A DNA stretch of 61,860 nt, filler included, from Sphacelaria rigidula (taxonomy: Eukaryota): the NCBI GenBank assembly GCA_964200075.2. It is 9 parts of 9 records of this genome, joined end to end, with 100 filler letters (N's around TTAATTAATTAA, not from the genome) between each part and the next. Parts side by side here need not be neighbours in the genome. Positions count along the whole stretch, not along the records: positions 20,656 to 27,440 come from CAXNAA020018096.1; positions 27,541 to 34,324 come from CAXNAA020018097.1; positions 34,425 to 41,208 come from CAXNAA020018098.1; 6 more parts are not named here. One strand, given 5' to 3'. The notes under the pieces are model-generated. The model had not been told where the DNA came from. It worked only from the letters and a program-made list of their open reading frames with translations, and made no database searches. The position numbers and the translations under genes are program-made. Below, piece by piece: positions 22,947 through 36,370 of the stretch; the first letter of the stretch is position 1; each line of letters begins with the position of its first letter.

Positions 22947-24239
22947 GAGTATCGCCTTTTTGGCCGTGTGTTCACGTCTTGAAATACGTGTGTAGTCAGA
23001 TGTTTGCTTGTGTAGTCCTTGTTCCATGTATCGTGCGTGCGTATGTGACACTTTGGTTCTTGGTTGTCACCCATGCTTTCAAGTTGAACCACGTGATACA
23101 CCCTGGCTGAACGAGTACGACAAATAAAAAAAAATGAAACAATCCCTCACCAACGACGGTACAGTGCCCTGACTTGACCCTTCATTCCGAAGGTATCCAC
23201 TTTTTTTTTGCGTGTGCCGATTGCAGTCTGTGCGGAAGTTGGCTTTCTCTATTATCAATTCCCCGACGGTCAAGTTCCCAGGTTACAAAGGGTACGAGCT
23301 TCTGACTTGAAATTTAGGCGCAGGTCCCACATGTACCGAGGGCCATTCCGAGGGCTCACTCCTTTGTTCAAATCACTAATTCGATGCAACTCTTCAGTGG
23401 GTTGGTTCGCACAAAACAATAGAACATCTAGCGGCGGCGTACAAAAGTTAAACGTGATGCTGTGTTTTGAAACACGGTATAAAAAGTGGGCACCGATGTT
23501 TTTAGCGCACCGCATCCAGCGAACCTCACGCACCACCCCGACAGCCATGGCGTGCTAGGTCGCTATCACCGATGTAGTGTACTGCCTTTCCACAGCCCAA
23601 AGTCACCGTGGTCGTGTCCGGGCATTTATTTGTGCTGTCTGTACTGTCTGGTCATCCAACGGACATTTTGAATTCTTCTGCGGTCGCCGAAATGCCCTGC
23701 CCAACGCCACAAATATGCTCTCGAACCAGTAGAGTTATCGGAGTTGGGCTACATCATTTCTAATGTTGGATGAAAACGGGGAATGTTGTCACCGCGGGGC
23801 TGGTGTAGGTCTCCGGTGGTCGTTAGTGTTTTTCGGACCTTCCACCAAGGGAAACAATCGAAAAAAGGTCAAAAGAAAGAGGTGAAAAGATGTTCCGCGC
23901 GGCTACCAAGCCCCCCACCCACCCCCCCTCCCCCCGAAAATGAGCCGTAGAGTTGACCGGAGTTTTCATTATCATTATTGCCGCGCATTAGCCCTATCTC
24001 TCTATTCCGTGACCATAGACGTAGGCTCGTCTTTCCAATACCGTCCCGACTATTTCTTACAAGACAGAGTTCTCATCTTTTGTACTGAGACTCCAGTCTA
24101 AAAACAAAACAAAACAACGAAAGCATAATTAAGATACGAAGAGAGACTTCAACAAAACAGGGGAGAAATAGCTTCCCCCGAGTTCATCGCGGTGAAAAAA
24201 AAAGAGTAAAGAAAAAACTTCAGATCTGATCACGAATCA

Positions 24240-24457
24240 TAATAGAGGTATCTCAAACTCGGCTGCCGGTATCCTGGTTTGTTTTGTTCTCTTTTTTCAG
24301 GTGAAAGTAATTCCGATTCATCAGCTGATGAGACCCTTTGACCGCCAGGTCAGGTCCTCTTATGAATCGCGATCACTTTCACTTGAAAAAATGGAATACA
24401 CCTCAGAGCCACGAATAAACCAGGATACCGGAAGCCGAGTTTGAGATACCTCTATTA
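24240..24457. mobile_element. MITE with TA TSD (Tc1/mariner-type)
   Basis: TA|atagaggtatctcaaactcggctgccggtatcctggttt ... aaaccaggataccggaagccgagtttgagatacctctat|TA. Confidence 0.8.
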
Positions 24458-24699
24458 AAAGAAAAGGGAAGAAAAGAAGAGAAAATGAAAGACAGATGAT
24501 AAGAGGGGGTTAGCTGGCCACCAAGCCAGGGTCAACTCAACACCCCAGGCATCCTTGAAGACAACTTCCAAAGCTGTTCGGAAAACGGCAGAGGGGCTCG
24601 AGTGTACTACGCCATGGGCTATGGGTTACTTTTCGGAAGTCATCGATAGGCACTGGGGGAGCTCTAGTGGTAGCACGGCAAACAATTCCTTCGTATGGC

Positions 24700-25775
24700 G
24701 TGCTTTGGTCCAGGCTGCCGTCTACATGCTAGCCCCCTTCTCTACGATTCGGTACCGTTCGGACAAATCTTGGGCATCCTGCGTCCACGATGTCGCGTTT
24801 ATTCCTAAGTTAGAGCGGTATTCCGTGACACAGTGTTGTAGGCGTTTTGCTGGTCGGCCTGCCCTCGTCTTCCCTCCGACCATCACTCCACGCATGATGC
24901 TGGGGAGGTGTTCATAGTCCATGTGTACAGCGCGGCCGGCGTGTAGGAGGATTCGTCTCATCACGGTAGCCTCAATGCACTCGCAATTAGTTTTTCCGAA
25001 GATCTCGTGGTGTGGCAGCATGTGGTAGTCGGGGGCGCTGAGGCTCCAGGCATGCTTGTTGAGGCACCAGAGCAGGAAACCTCGACAGGCCTCCCGTAAC
25101 GCGCCGAAAGTTTCGTGTGCGATCGTCCAGGTCACGCAGCCGTATAGAGTTACCTCGATCACTTCAGTCTTCAGGAGACGAACCTTGGTGGCCAGGGCGA
25201 TGTACGTTTGGCTGTACTTGTAGAAGCACATCCAGGCCTGGCCAATGCGGCTGCAGGTCTCAGGAGTGGTATCGATGATGCTGCTGGTGTTTTCGCCAAG
25301 GTGAAGGAAACATTCAACTTGTTTGTATCTTCGGCCCGCCGACTCCACCTCGACCACATCCGCCTCCATGTTCAGGAAGCCCATGTGGGATTGTTTTTTT
25401 TTCCGCCACGAAGAGGCCGAATGCCACACATACTTCGTCGACGGCCGTCACCATCTTTGCCAGGCTTACTTGAGATCGGTAGGAGATGCCAGCGTCATGG
25501 GCATATGGCATAGCCGAGATCACTTTGCTAAGTTCGTCCCTGGTCTTCCCGCTCCTTCAAGCGGTGCAGATGAAGTTCTGTGCCACCGTCCGCACCGCCG
25601 CGAAGACGAAAATGTTGAACAAACCGGGGGAAAGCATATAGCCTTGGCGGAGACCCTGGTCAAGACGTCCGCATGCCCGTATGTCTTTTGGAAGTCGATG
25701 AAGCACATTTACGGTGAAAGATTCTTCTCTCTGGCCAGTTCTTGGAGCCTGCGCACAATATACATCATTGAGTTG
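24700..25775 (-). pseudogene. Non-LTR retrotransposon (LINE, RTE-like) reverse transcriptase fragment
   Basis: MMYIVRRLQELAR..MCFIDFQKTY, GLRQGYMLSPGLFN, decayed YADD (PYAHD), LATKVRLLKTEVIEVTLYGCVTW, GRPAKR. Confidence 0.85.
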
Positions 25776-26349
25776 AGCTACAGTGTACTCATACATGGCG
25801 ATAACGGGGAATGTTGTCACTGCGGGGCTGGTTCAGGTCTGCAGTGGTCATTAGAGTCTCTCGGATCTTCAACCAAGGAAAACAACCGAAAAACTTCCAA
25901 AAAGGGAGCTAAAGAGATGTTCCGTAGGGCTTTTTTTTTTGTCCCCAAAGGACAGGAAGGAACCTTAAACCATGCACTTCGCTATTTCTAGTTTCGNNNN
26001 NNNNNNCACCAAGGTGGGAGTGCCCCCCCACACAGGTAGTGTCGGACTTGGGAAATGAAAACAAAAGTGTCCCTCACCGACCAAACCTCCTACCCGCAGG
26101 AGTTTCTCGCTCTGGGCCAGACTGTGAGCCCCGGCAAAGATCTAGGCATCGTGGTTGGTATTCAAATCAATTTATAGACTAGGACGACGCGCAAAGCGTT
26201 TCAAGCGCAGCTCTTCTCTAGATTCAAGAATCGCATACGCGCAAACACAAACCCACTTCTGGCATGCCCATCTCCGTGTCGGACGACTGAATGCAACCCA
26301 CCGGCTGGTAAGCGGCGTAATTTTCTCGGCGAGACGGAAAAGGGAAGAT

Positions 26350-26712
26350 GTATATGTATGTGTTGTCATCCCTTCCATTCTGGACGCCGGTTCACACCTT
26401 TCGTTATATGTGGGCGCACCAGCCGGAGTCACACAGGAGGAAGCCCAACACAGGAGCTTTTTGTTCTTGTTCTTGTTTTTAGTACCCCAGCTTCCTTCTG
26501 CAGTGCTTGCCTGTGTTTTTTTATCGCGAGAGGGGTTCAGCAGTCCCTTTCCCTCGTCGATTGTTGAGTCGAATTTTGTGTACCCACGACATGGTCGCTC
26601 TCCACTGTTGGGCATGGTGTGGAACAAAGACCCAGGTCACTCCGAGATTTGAACCCACGACCCAACCGTCAGAAGATTTCGAGGTTACCAACTGAGCCAC
26701 CGGGACGACCGG
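26350..26712 (-). mobile_element. tRNA-derived SINE
   Basis: The minus-strand head has Pol III A box TGGCTCAGTTGG and B box GGTTCAAATC, then a non-tRNA body and a CATA-type tail. Confidence 0.75.
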
Positions 26713-27381
26713 CTAGCAAAGATACCACGGAATTAAAATGACAGTGCCCAGGCACCTCGTGGGCCCCAATGGTGTGTTCTCGGCACGTCCTTCGATCAGT
26801 CTGTCTCCCGGTCCCCATCGCAATATCGCTAACAGTTCCGGGTAAAGCTGTTACTAATAGTTTCTGGTGGAACTGTTAGCGGCGAACTCGAGGGGGCTGA
26901 CGGCGTGAATGAAAGGACTACGGGATGTGTTTTAGAGAACACGCCGGGAGCTCCAGCACTGCCTGAACCCTGTCGCTCTAGGTCTGCACTGCTCTTTGGT
27001 GGTTCTTCTCCGAAGATCCTGTTTCGGCTAGCAGCGGCCAACAACGACGGTTGCAAGCCGTCGGGGTGCGTTCGGTTGTCCGAGATGGAGAGGCACATAC
27101 CGACGGTTCCGACTAGTGGGTGCTCAAAAAGTTCGATTTTCCCTTCCCGCGGCGGGAGGAGAGGAGGAGTTCAGAATTTCCGCCCCACGGAACCTCTCGA
27201 ATCCACGATCGTCGTTTTGTCGGGGCTGTTGTGTACTTGAAAGAAACCCTCATCTCATGGCGATTCGAAGATCTGAAGAAATACGTGTGCGCTGAGGGAA
27301 ATCATCACTTCAATGCTCACGAATGCCCTGTTTTTTTTTATCGTCGGTGGTCTCGCGACCCACGCATCTAACTATCTAACA

Positions 27382-27440
27382 ACAATTTGTGCGAAATGAG
27401 GTTTAACTCCGAGATGAGGTTCAAGCCTAAAACAGTGCTT
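27382..27440. repeat. End of a high-copy repeat at a contig break (near-identical copy at 41145-41208)
   Basis: tgtgcgaa(a/t)tgaggtttaactccgagatgaggttcaagcctaaaacagtgctt terminates two different contigs. Confidence 0.8.
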
Positions 27441-30065
27441 NNNNNNNNNNNNNNNNNNNNNNNNNNNNNNNNNNNNNNNNNNNNTTAATTAATTAANNNN
27501 NNNNNNNNNNNNNNNNNNNNNNNNNNNNNNNNNNNNNNNNGCATATCTGTCTTTCGTGCAAGACAGATATGCCGCTTCAGCCCCATATTTTGTTTGAACC
27601 CCAAAATATAAAATCGGCTGTTAGATGTACTCCGAACCCACGCAAATGCTAGTGAGGTGCTGGAGAGGAGAAGATCAGCGAGAAAGACTCTGAAACATAC
27701 CAACAAAAACGAAATGCTGGGAGAAAAAATGACACCGAAATAAACGTACTCTAAAGTCAAGTAAAGACGGAATGCTGCTTCGTGGGGCCTTCGTGGGGCG
27801 AAATGAGGCCAGTTTGCAAGAAAGGCAACGACGAAAAAAACAGTTGATGGCACTCTAAGATCAAGCAAAGGCGGAACGCTGCCCTATAAGAGCTCAACGG
27901 TAAAATGGCACCTGCCTGCAGGGAAGAGATTTCAGGCAAATGTTTACTGCTATAAATGTTACGCATCAACACCATGTCGCCGGTTATGCCGATATATCAC
28001 ATATTATATCATGAAGTGTGTTTTGCAATGTGATGCCTGTCATGAGGAAGGAAGATAGAGAGGCGTTATTTGTTCCCTCAGACAATTTTGGGCAGGTTGG
28101 CTTCCAGATCATTCGATCTGTCCACGGGAATGCTCCCATAGCTCTAGGGAAGGTCGATGTACAAACTGCGTTCTGTGAAGATTAGTGTACAGACTGGTGT
28201 ACCCTAGCTGGGGAAGAGTAGTTTACAGATTGGTGTGCCCTAGTCCCGGGGAGCCGAAACGCCTTCCCGGGCCGAGTCCAAAAATAGATTGCGCTACCGT
28301 GCCTCATGCACACTGGCACACTCTTGAGCTGCCCTTCAAGCCGGACATCTGCTTCTACTGTTTACCTTTGGTGAGAACAGTGTGCTAGGCGAGCAAGGGA
28401 ACAATAAGTGAGAGTTACGAGACATCAAGGAGTGGAGCCCCTTTTGTCTGTTTGCTACTGTTAACCAACAGTCGCGTGAATCTGTGTGTGAAACATATAC
28501 CTGCAGCTTGTTCTACTTGGACATATAGTACCTTGTGCATCTTACCAAGCTTGCAGCACATTGATCTATCAAGGAAGGTGTGTGGAGTTCTGCCCATACC
28601 TCTTTTCATTACATGCCACCACTAGGCACTGGTAACCATTTTATGTTTCTTTTGCATTCCCATCGGATTGTTCCTCCGTCCTTATCATAAATTTTGCTGG
28701 AGCAGTCAACGTTAACGGGAACAACAATCCCATTAAAGTGCGAAGGGGACGTGGAGTGGTTGCCACGGGTGGGCTCTTCGTCACTCTCGGTATCAGTGTC
28801 ACAATCTCATCCTCAGTTTGCTCTTTCGTCAAGACGGGACCTTAACCCGTTGATCACGAGGGTAGGTCGTTTGGGTCATGCATTGATATTTGTCATGAAG
28901 ATGCATACTAGCCTGTTGTCGTGCCGCTTCAGACCCGTTGTCGAAGTCTGACTTTCGTTGTCGAAGTCTGGCTTTCGGTAATATTGGGAATCCCGGTAGA
29001 TAAGGAATCCCGGTAGACAAGACTACAGGTCTGTTCAGAGTTGGTCGGATACGAATGTGAACCTGTATAATTACAGGGATGGCTTTGTCTTTGATCGTGC
29101 TTTGCGATCAAAGCCCCCCCCATCAACCACTATCAACTGCTCCTCTCTGCTAGCCAGCAAAATGAAGTCTAACCATCGGTGAGAGATATTGGCTGGTCTG
29201 GGTTGGATTGATTGAGTGGGTATTGGAGTTAGAATCAAGATAATCAAGAGAGAAGTGAAGAACCTATTTTCGTGAACCTCGTCTGATATTAGGCTACTGA
29301 GCAGGTCACACAGTATCTACAAGTTGTAACAGCCTGACGGTTGTACACTTGCCTGCCAAGCTTATGCCTTGGGTTACAAGCTGTGTCCTTGCATTATACT
29401 GCCGCTTGCTCTTTATTACATTAGCGTTTGACTAAGGAGCTTCTTCTTTGGCTATAGCGTTTCTTTCTTGTACCGATTTGTATCCCTGGCTGCCAGCTGC
29501 GTACTCCAGCTTTTTGATCATATGCCCCTTTTCCCTCCGGAGTTGTAGTCAAACCTACCGCCAGGTAGTCAGTAGCTCTCGAGCTTCTGCCCCGTGTGTC
29601 CCTCGGTAAAGTGTATTCGTACCCTGCTACTTGCAATTGCTGTAGCGCTCGACGCCACATCTTGTGTGGTCAAGGTGGGGTCAACGCGCACTGCTTGCTG
29701 TTCTTGCCGTGCTGTCAATTTGACGTCACCTGCACAAGGCCCAACGATATCAGTCCCGCCTGCACGACTTTTGAATCTTTTCTTGATTCAACAGCCCGGC
29801 GCGACCCCCGCACCAAGCCATCGTTGGCTCGTGTGTTTGGCCTTGTGGCCCCCTTTCCTTCTGCAGAATAAGTCTTCTACTACAGGTTTGTACAGAACAC
29901 CAGTGCACAAAGGCGCACTGTTCTTCATAGCCAGCTGCTGTTCCTGACCTGAGCTCCTGCCAAGCTGGCACACTGCTGCTCTCATTTTTCAGTATCGATT
30001 GTACGCGACTGGTGTATCTTTCCTTCACGAAATTACTGAACTAAGCACAGACCGTGTTCACACAG

Positions 30066-31011
30066 TGTGATAACGGACGTCTGTACCGAACTTTAGATTG
30101 TTCCGGCACTTTATCTTCGTTGCTCGAGCGACCTTGTTGTTGTTGTAGCTTCAGCTTCGTTGCTTGTGGCTACTTTGTTCTTGTTGTCCTCTTGTGTACT
30201 TTGCACAGCCGTAAGGCAACGCGCTACATCACCGTGGTAAGTAACAATACACAGCATAACGTACTGTGAGTTTTTTCTCCTTTGAAAACTTCTCGAACGA
30301 ACAACTTTATTGTTCAAAGACGGTTTCGTTGAAATACTACTAGTTGAAACATTTCAACCGCCGTTACGTGCTCATTTGAACAGACAGCACTCGAAATCGG
30401 TGCCCCTTGCCTGTGCACTACAAATTGTTCGGCACCCGCTCCAAGCGTTGCCCCTGTTGTGCATCACATCACCTTTGTTCAACATACATACGTTGTCTCA
30501 ATTTCGTTAGATAACAAGCCTTCACTCTGCACTACGCAGTCCGAGTTCGCGGTCTACAACCGAAGCTTTGTAAAAGCTTTTGTGCTGCCTTACGCTGCAC
30601 AGTTCTCGTGCGCATCTGAGAAAATATATCTATATCTTTAGTTATTTTCATTTGCACACCGCCAGTCGTTCCTCAACATGTGCTGGGATCATACAGTTAT
30701 AGTCTACCCGTGACGCTACATCCGGAACACGTGTAAGTTGTTCTTCCACGTACCAACGCTGCTACAGACACTCGGGTCTTCGCTTGTCTTCGGCGACATA
30801 ACCCTGTTCTGCGCACAACCCCGTGCTAGCTATTGCCGCCACAACTTGAATAAAGTTGTATTAATCAGACCCGGACATAGTTGTTACAAACCGCACTGCG
30901 CTTGAATAAATTACTCAAGTAAATCAGGTCCTGCGGTCCCCTCAGGCGCTATTAGGCTTAATTATCCAGTATTTTCCGGATCAAGCTTCGGCTTCTGCAC
31001 GTAGCATCACC
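30066..31011 (+). repeat. Candidate ~950-bp 5' LTR of the long-Gag element
   Basis: TGTGAT...ATCAC(C) termini, two AATAAA motifs (~30849, ~30905), followed by TGG and the ORF start 83 bp later. There is no second LTR to confirm it. Confidence 0.3.
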
Positions 31012-31094
31012 TGGTGTCACGCTCCTTTGATTAGAGCCGCAGACCAGACATACTACACCTTCCTTTTTAAGCACAAAGGCCGCGTACGCCCATC

Positions 31095-34000
31095 ATGTCG
31101 CACAAAAATAACGCTGGCTCTTCCCCTCAATTGGGAAACCAACCGCTTCGCCGGACCCGGAGTCAAACTACTGGCGGTTCGAAACCTTTCAAGATGAGCG
31201 GTAAGCCACCTTCAACACATCGCCGCACGTATGCGAGCGCTGTTCGTTCTTCGGGATCTGAAGACCAACATTCAAGCGAAGCTCATTCTTCAACACTTGA
31301 AGACCAGACTTTGACGCCGAGACCTGTTCTCTCACGTTCCGACTCGGACTCAGAGAACATGGTAATGCACCCGGCCGAGTCATTGGTTCCTGACGCGCAT
31401 GTCAGTGAGCCCATAACGGTGGATTCCGTCGCACACCCCTCGCTGGCCCCTGCTCCCCCGAATCCCAATGTGGAACCCGGAGTTAGGATTGTGCCCTCAG
31501 TCGAGTCGTTGCCCCTGGACACACGTGTCCAGCTCGGGCCTGCCACGGTTGCTTCAACCGTGGCACCCCGTTGCTTGACGGCTGACAACTCTTGAGACGA
31601 TTCTGTCCCGACGGAGAGCATCGCTTCTGGAGCAAGAGACTTTGTCACACGGGCTGCTTCCGTTACGGACCCCCTTTGCACGACTCTTGATAGTCCCGTG
31701 CCCCCTACTGCGCAGTCCAATGTCGGACCTGCAGTTGCGGCCATGCATGCTGCCATGCAAACTCTGCATCGCACTTCCTCGGCGTCGTCGCCATCGCCAG
31801 CGCCAGCTCTCATCGAGGCATTTACGGCTTTTTGCCACGCCACGCTCCAAGACCAGTCGGCGTCTGCTCATGTGCAATTCCATGATGATACTGCACCTGC
31901 CACGCCCAAACCCATACGTCTTGCGACCCGTTCGGCGACATCGCGTCCTCCGTTCGTCACTCATGATATATTCAGGGAACATGAGTCCAGTCCTTCCTCA
32001 ACGTCGCAGCAGAGCCATACTCGCGCTTCTGACCGGCGCCGCACACCGAGACTTGGTCATGATTGTCTCCCGTTCTAGCAGTTCTAAGGGCCACTCCCAG
32101 CAAAGCTTGAATTCATCGCGCGCTGCCACACGCCCGAAGAATACCGCTCCTGGACACAAATATGGACGTAGTTCACGCCATAGTTCCAATTCATCCCGCG
32201 CTCCTAAGCGCCCGGTGAATACTAACCATGATCGTACTCACGAGGACGCCTTGCGGCCCAGATCAAGCTCTTCGCGCGTTAACTCGCGCTTGAACAACTC
32301 CGATCATGCACCTTCTCCCACCTCTACTGCTCAGCCATTATCACACACCCGTCATTTACGCAATGATAACACTGTACATGCTGACGATATCCAAAACATA
32401 TTTTCGGACATGTCACCGGCTCCGGAATCCTCAATTTCAGGATCCGACCGCACTTCATCGCACAACCGACGACAACGCACTGACCACGAACCACCGTCCC
32501 GTTCCGACGCTGCGCTTATTCGTACTCTGCAACAACGTTTGACAGATCTCGAACGGCTACTCGCGACAGCAACTATGGACGCCCAACGCACTACCGTTAC
32601 TGCCAGCAAGACCATTCGCGCTCTCGCAGCTACTGCTGCCGCTACCGCGACTGCTGCGCCTCCGGCCGCCCCTGCACTGGCTCGGACAATCGCCGCCGCT
32701 CCGCCTGCTATCGACACGGATGCCGATAGCGGCTCCACCACGGCCTCTGTGCGCCCTTCCCCATCCGTGGAGGTTCTCCCTCCGCTTGGCGATGAGCACT
32801 GCCCCACCGGCCTGCTCTTACGCCTGTTCAGCAATAGGCCACGATCAGAACAGCAACAACTGATCGCTGATTATGCGTCTCAGGAGCCTGCGCTGACGCA
32901 GGATATCCTCGGGAAACAACGCGACGCCGACGCCGCCGGTGCCCGCCTCCTTCTGGAGGAGCACGAGAGTACCCTCAAGGACCTCCAGCGGCAGGCCTCC
33001 CTTGCTCACTCCACGAGCACGGCGACTCAACGAGCGCTCGACGAAGGCCGTACTGCGGCTAGGTCGGCTCAAAGACGGGTTCGTCAACTCGAAGATCATG
33101 TTCAGCGAACCACCCAAGCAGCGGCTTCGTTGGTGGCCCGCCCAACTGATCACCAAGCCGCTCCGCCTTCCACCGACAACTTGCTCAGGCCCCACCAGCC
33201 GGCGCCCAACAGAGCAACGTATGTCATTCCTCGCAAGTCCAATAGGACATCGCCTGCTGCAGCCGCTGCCGCCGCCATGACGCCTCCGACACCGCCGCGT
33301 CACGGGGTTGGCTCGGTGCCGCACGCAGCTTCTTCGCCGAACTTGCGACTGGTGTCTCACGAACGAGAATGGCTTTCTCGTCCTGTGTCGACCTATACCG
33401 GTCCCTTCGACCGGCGAAACCACCTGCACTGCTCCCCAACCGCATGGGCCTTGATATCCCAACGTTTTTTTTACACGGTTGGGGTGTATGTCGAACAGAA
33501 CGGCTTCCTCCCCAAGGCAGGCGTCTCGGTCCTCACCTTGGGTCAACTAGTTTTGCAGCCTACCGTTGGTAATCACCGGGACCACCACACTTACGTTGAA
33601 GCGGTCGAGGAACTTTTTGCGGCGCTTCGCGCTGCCTACAAAACCCATCCCGGCGCTACCCTCAACGGAGACGAAGATGTAGATGGGTGGACTCCCGCAA
33701 CATCCAACTGCCGGGGACCGAAGAAAAACCACCAGCGCGACGACGATGATACTGATGGAGGGAATTCACGCCGCCGCCATGGCGGTGGAGGATCTTCTTC
33801 AAGCAGTTCCGGACCGAACCGCCCGCCCCGCAAGCCGAAAGGCAAGCACACCGGAGGCACCTCTTCCGGATCATCCGCATCGGCCTGGAACCAGTCCGGT
33901 GCAGCTCTTCCCGCCTCGGGCTCGGAGACCCCCAGGCAAGTGGTTCCTAAGTTGGCTGATGTTTCGGCCCGCATTTTGGGTTTGTCCGATACAGATACAC

Positions 34001-34324
34001 CCGACCGTCCTTTGTCCTCTACTGCAGCCCGCGCTTTAGCAACCGCCGCGGCTGACAAAGAACATTCGAAATCTAGCAAAAAAGCAGCTTCCGATAGAGC
34101 TGAGTCTGCCCGAGTAGCTGCAATACAAAGACAGTATATTCAGATGGATGTGAAAAAACTCTGGCACATCAAAATCATGCCTGCCGCGGATAACGAAGAT
34201 TCGGGCCAGTTTACTTCTGCCCTCATCACGTCCATCCGCCGCACTGTTTGTAACATCCTTCACTTGGCGGATGTGACTGGCACACAACGTTTCGAAGACT
34301 CAGACTGGGTAGAGGGCTGGCAGA
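31095..34324 (+). pseudogene. Very long Gag-like ORF1 of a retrotransposon (copy 1; one stop at 31593, one frameshift near 32060, runs off the contig)
   Basis: More than 1000 codons. Strongly homologous to 49496-52490(-), which ends in a CCHC knuckle. No introns. Confidence 0.7.
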
Positions 34325-36304
34325 NNNNNNNNNNNNNNNNNNNNNNNNNNNNNNNNNNNNNNNNNNNNTTAATTAATTAANNNNNNNNNNNNNNNNNNNN
34401 NNNNNNNNNNNNNNNNNNNNNNNNTTCTACTGACAAAAATCACATGTATAGGAGTTTGCACGTTTTTGCGAGAGTTTTGTCGATGCTCACAGTTGGACAC
34501 ATTTCGCCCGTCGCGTGATATCGTTGGGCAAGCCCAACCCGACCGCTCCGGGGTTTTGTTTTCGGTACATCCATGACGTGCACGTCTGGAATTTCCTCTG
34601 GTCTTCCGCAGTAAAAATGGTTGCCTTCGGTCTTTTCTGTTTCAATCGTTTCTTCTTTGTCAGGGCCTTTCATAATGAGGCGTATGGTCCCGGGACGGGA
34701 GGGGAGGGTTCCGAAATGGTTAACTCGGTTATCGTGAGTTATTTGTCGGTACATGTGTGTAAGTGCAACGTGTTGCCAAATATTCCTGGGCGATGATCCA
34801 TTCGCACATTTTTTGTTTCTCACACAAACGCTATACGAAGACAGCCGGCCGGTTTGAGGGTCGGGTATTCGTACATGTCAAAAGAAACGCAATTGAATTA
34901 TACACAATCATCGGAGATGAATCCGAGCCGGATCGCTCAGCGTTTCTAAAGCACGACAAGTACACGGAGAGAGAGGGCCAACGCAGTCCACTTCTCACGG
35001 TACTTTCCCGTTCGAACGAAGACGATCTCGTTCGCTGGCTCAAACTGGAGGAAAATTCCCTGCCGGGCTTACCGTCACGTCGTAACGTCACTCCACAACC
35101 CCTGATGAGAACCAGACACCACCACACCGATTTCAGAGGCGGGTAACCGTACGCAACAGCTGATGTAGGCAGTGATAAGAAAATAGAGAGTGGCGGACTC
35201 TGAGCCTGTAGACTGTACCAATGGTCGAATCATCGACATGGTGGAACGGTCGGTTCCGGAAGAGCAATCTATCCTAGAATGAGACGTAATGGTCCTGCAT
35301 GAGGAGACCTTTGCAACGAATCATACCACGACTTCAATAAAATTCCTCAACATCGTTACGGACGACGCGGTCAGTGGTGACCACGTTGTATATTACCAAT
35401 CACCGAAGTATAAATCATTGGTTGCGTCACATTACACGTGACCCTTCCTAAATAACGAGGTCGGTCCCACGTGTGCAGGATTCGCAGACAAGGAGACCAA
35501 GTGTGCCGACCCAAGGGTCAGGGACGGTGGAACGCTCAGTGCGAAATTCCCAAGATAAAGACGCAAAAACCAAAACCAAGAACAAATACAAAGGTAAGGA
35601 GTACGCTCGGCAACAGCGAAAACAAACAAACGCAAAAATAAAGCAAAAAATAACACGTGGCGACCGTCCCTGTAAACGGAAGCGGTTGTCGCGTGTACGA
35701 AGCAAATAGGGTCAAGTGTTTCAGCCAAAAAGGTTACAACATTTCGGACTCTCAACTCCGGTTACTACCGTTTATGGTAACATAAAACCCAACGTGGAAC
35801 GCACACAAAAGAAGAAACGTGACGACCGATCCCGGAGACGGGGCGGTATTCGTGTACGGAGCGATTGGACAAGAGCACATATATTCCCGACTGGGGGGTC
35901 AGGTATATCTAGCGTTCATCCGGAAACTCTCGACCGATGAAACAAACAACAAATAAGAACAGAATAATAAACGAAACAAAACAAAAGGTGCGTACAACGT
36001 AGAAGAAAAAACAAGTCGTGGCAACCGTTCCAGTATACGGAATGGTCGCGAGTGTACGGCGCGGAGGACGAAGGTTCAAGTGTTCCAGACTCGGGGTCGA
36101 GAATGTTTGTGGATCGGTCGTCACGGAAAACTCCGACATATGAACCTAGAATAATATATATATATATATATATATCAAGCACAAAAATAAAAACAGAACA
36201 CGAGGCGAAAACAAAAAACAAAAAGGCAGAAAAAGCAAAGTGACTCAAAACGACACAAAAGCGAAAACAAGCCGCAAAGAGAAGGTCCGAAGCCAAACAG
36301 ACAA

Positions 36305-36370
36305 ACACTAAATACGAAATACAAAATACAAATTACAAAATACTAAATACTAAATACTAAATACAATGTA
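36305..36370 (+). repeat. (AAATAC[T/A])n short tandem tract
   Basis: aaatactaaatactaaatactaaatac. Confidence 0.7.

Noticed and set aside
26641-26712. Functional tRNA gene
   Set aside because: A and B boxes are present but there is no convincing cloverleaf, and it is followed by a SINE-like body and tail.
28560-28650. BED zinc finger (YQCLVVAC...) of a hAT transposase
   Set aside because: It is flanked by stops, the His ligands are missing and no catalytic domain is visible.
34425-35430. Viral or retroelement coding fragment
   Set aside because: The ORFs are short and carry no recognisable motif.
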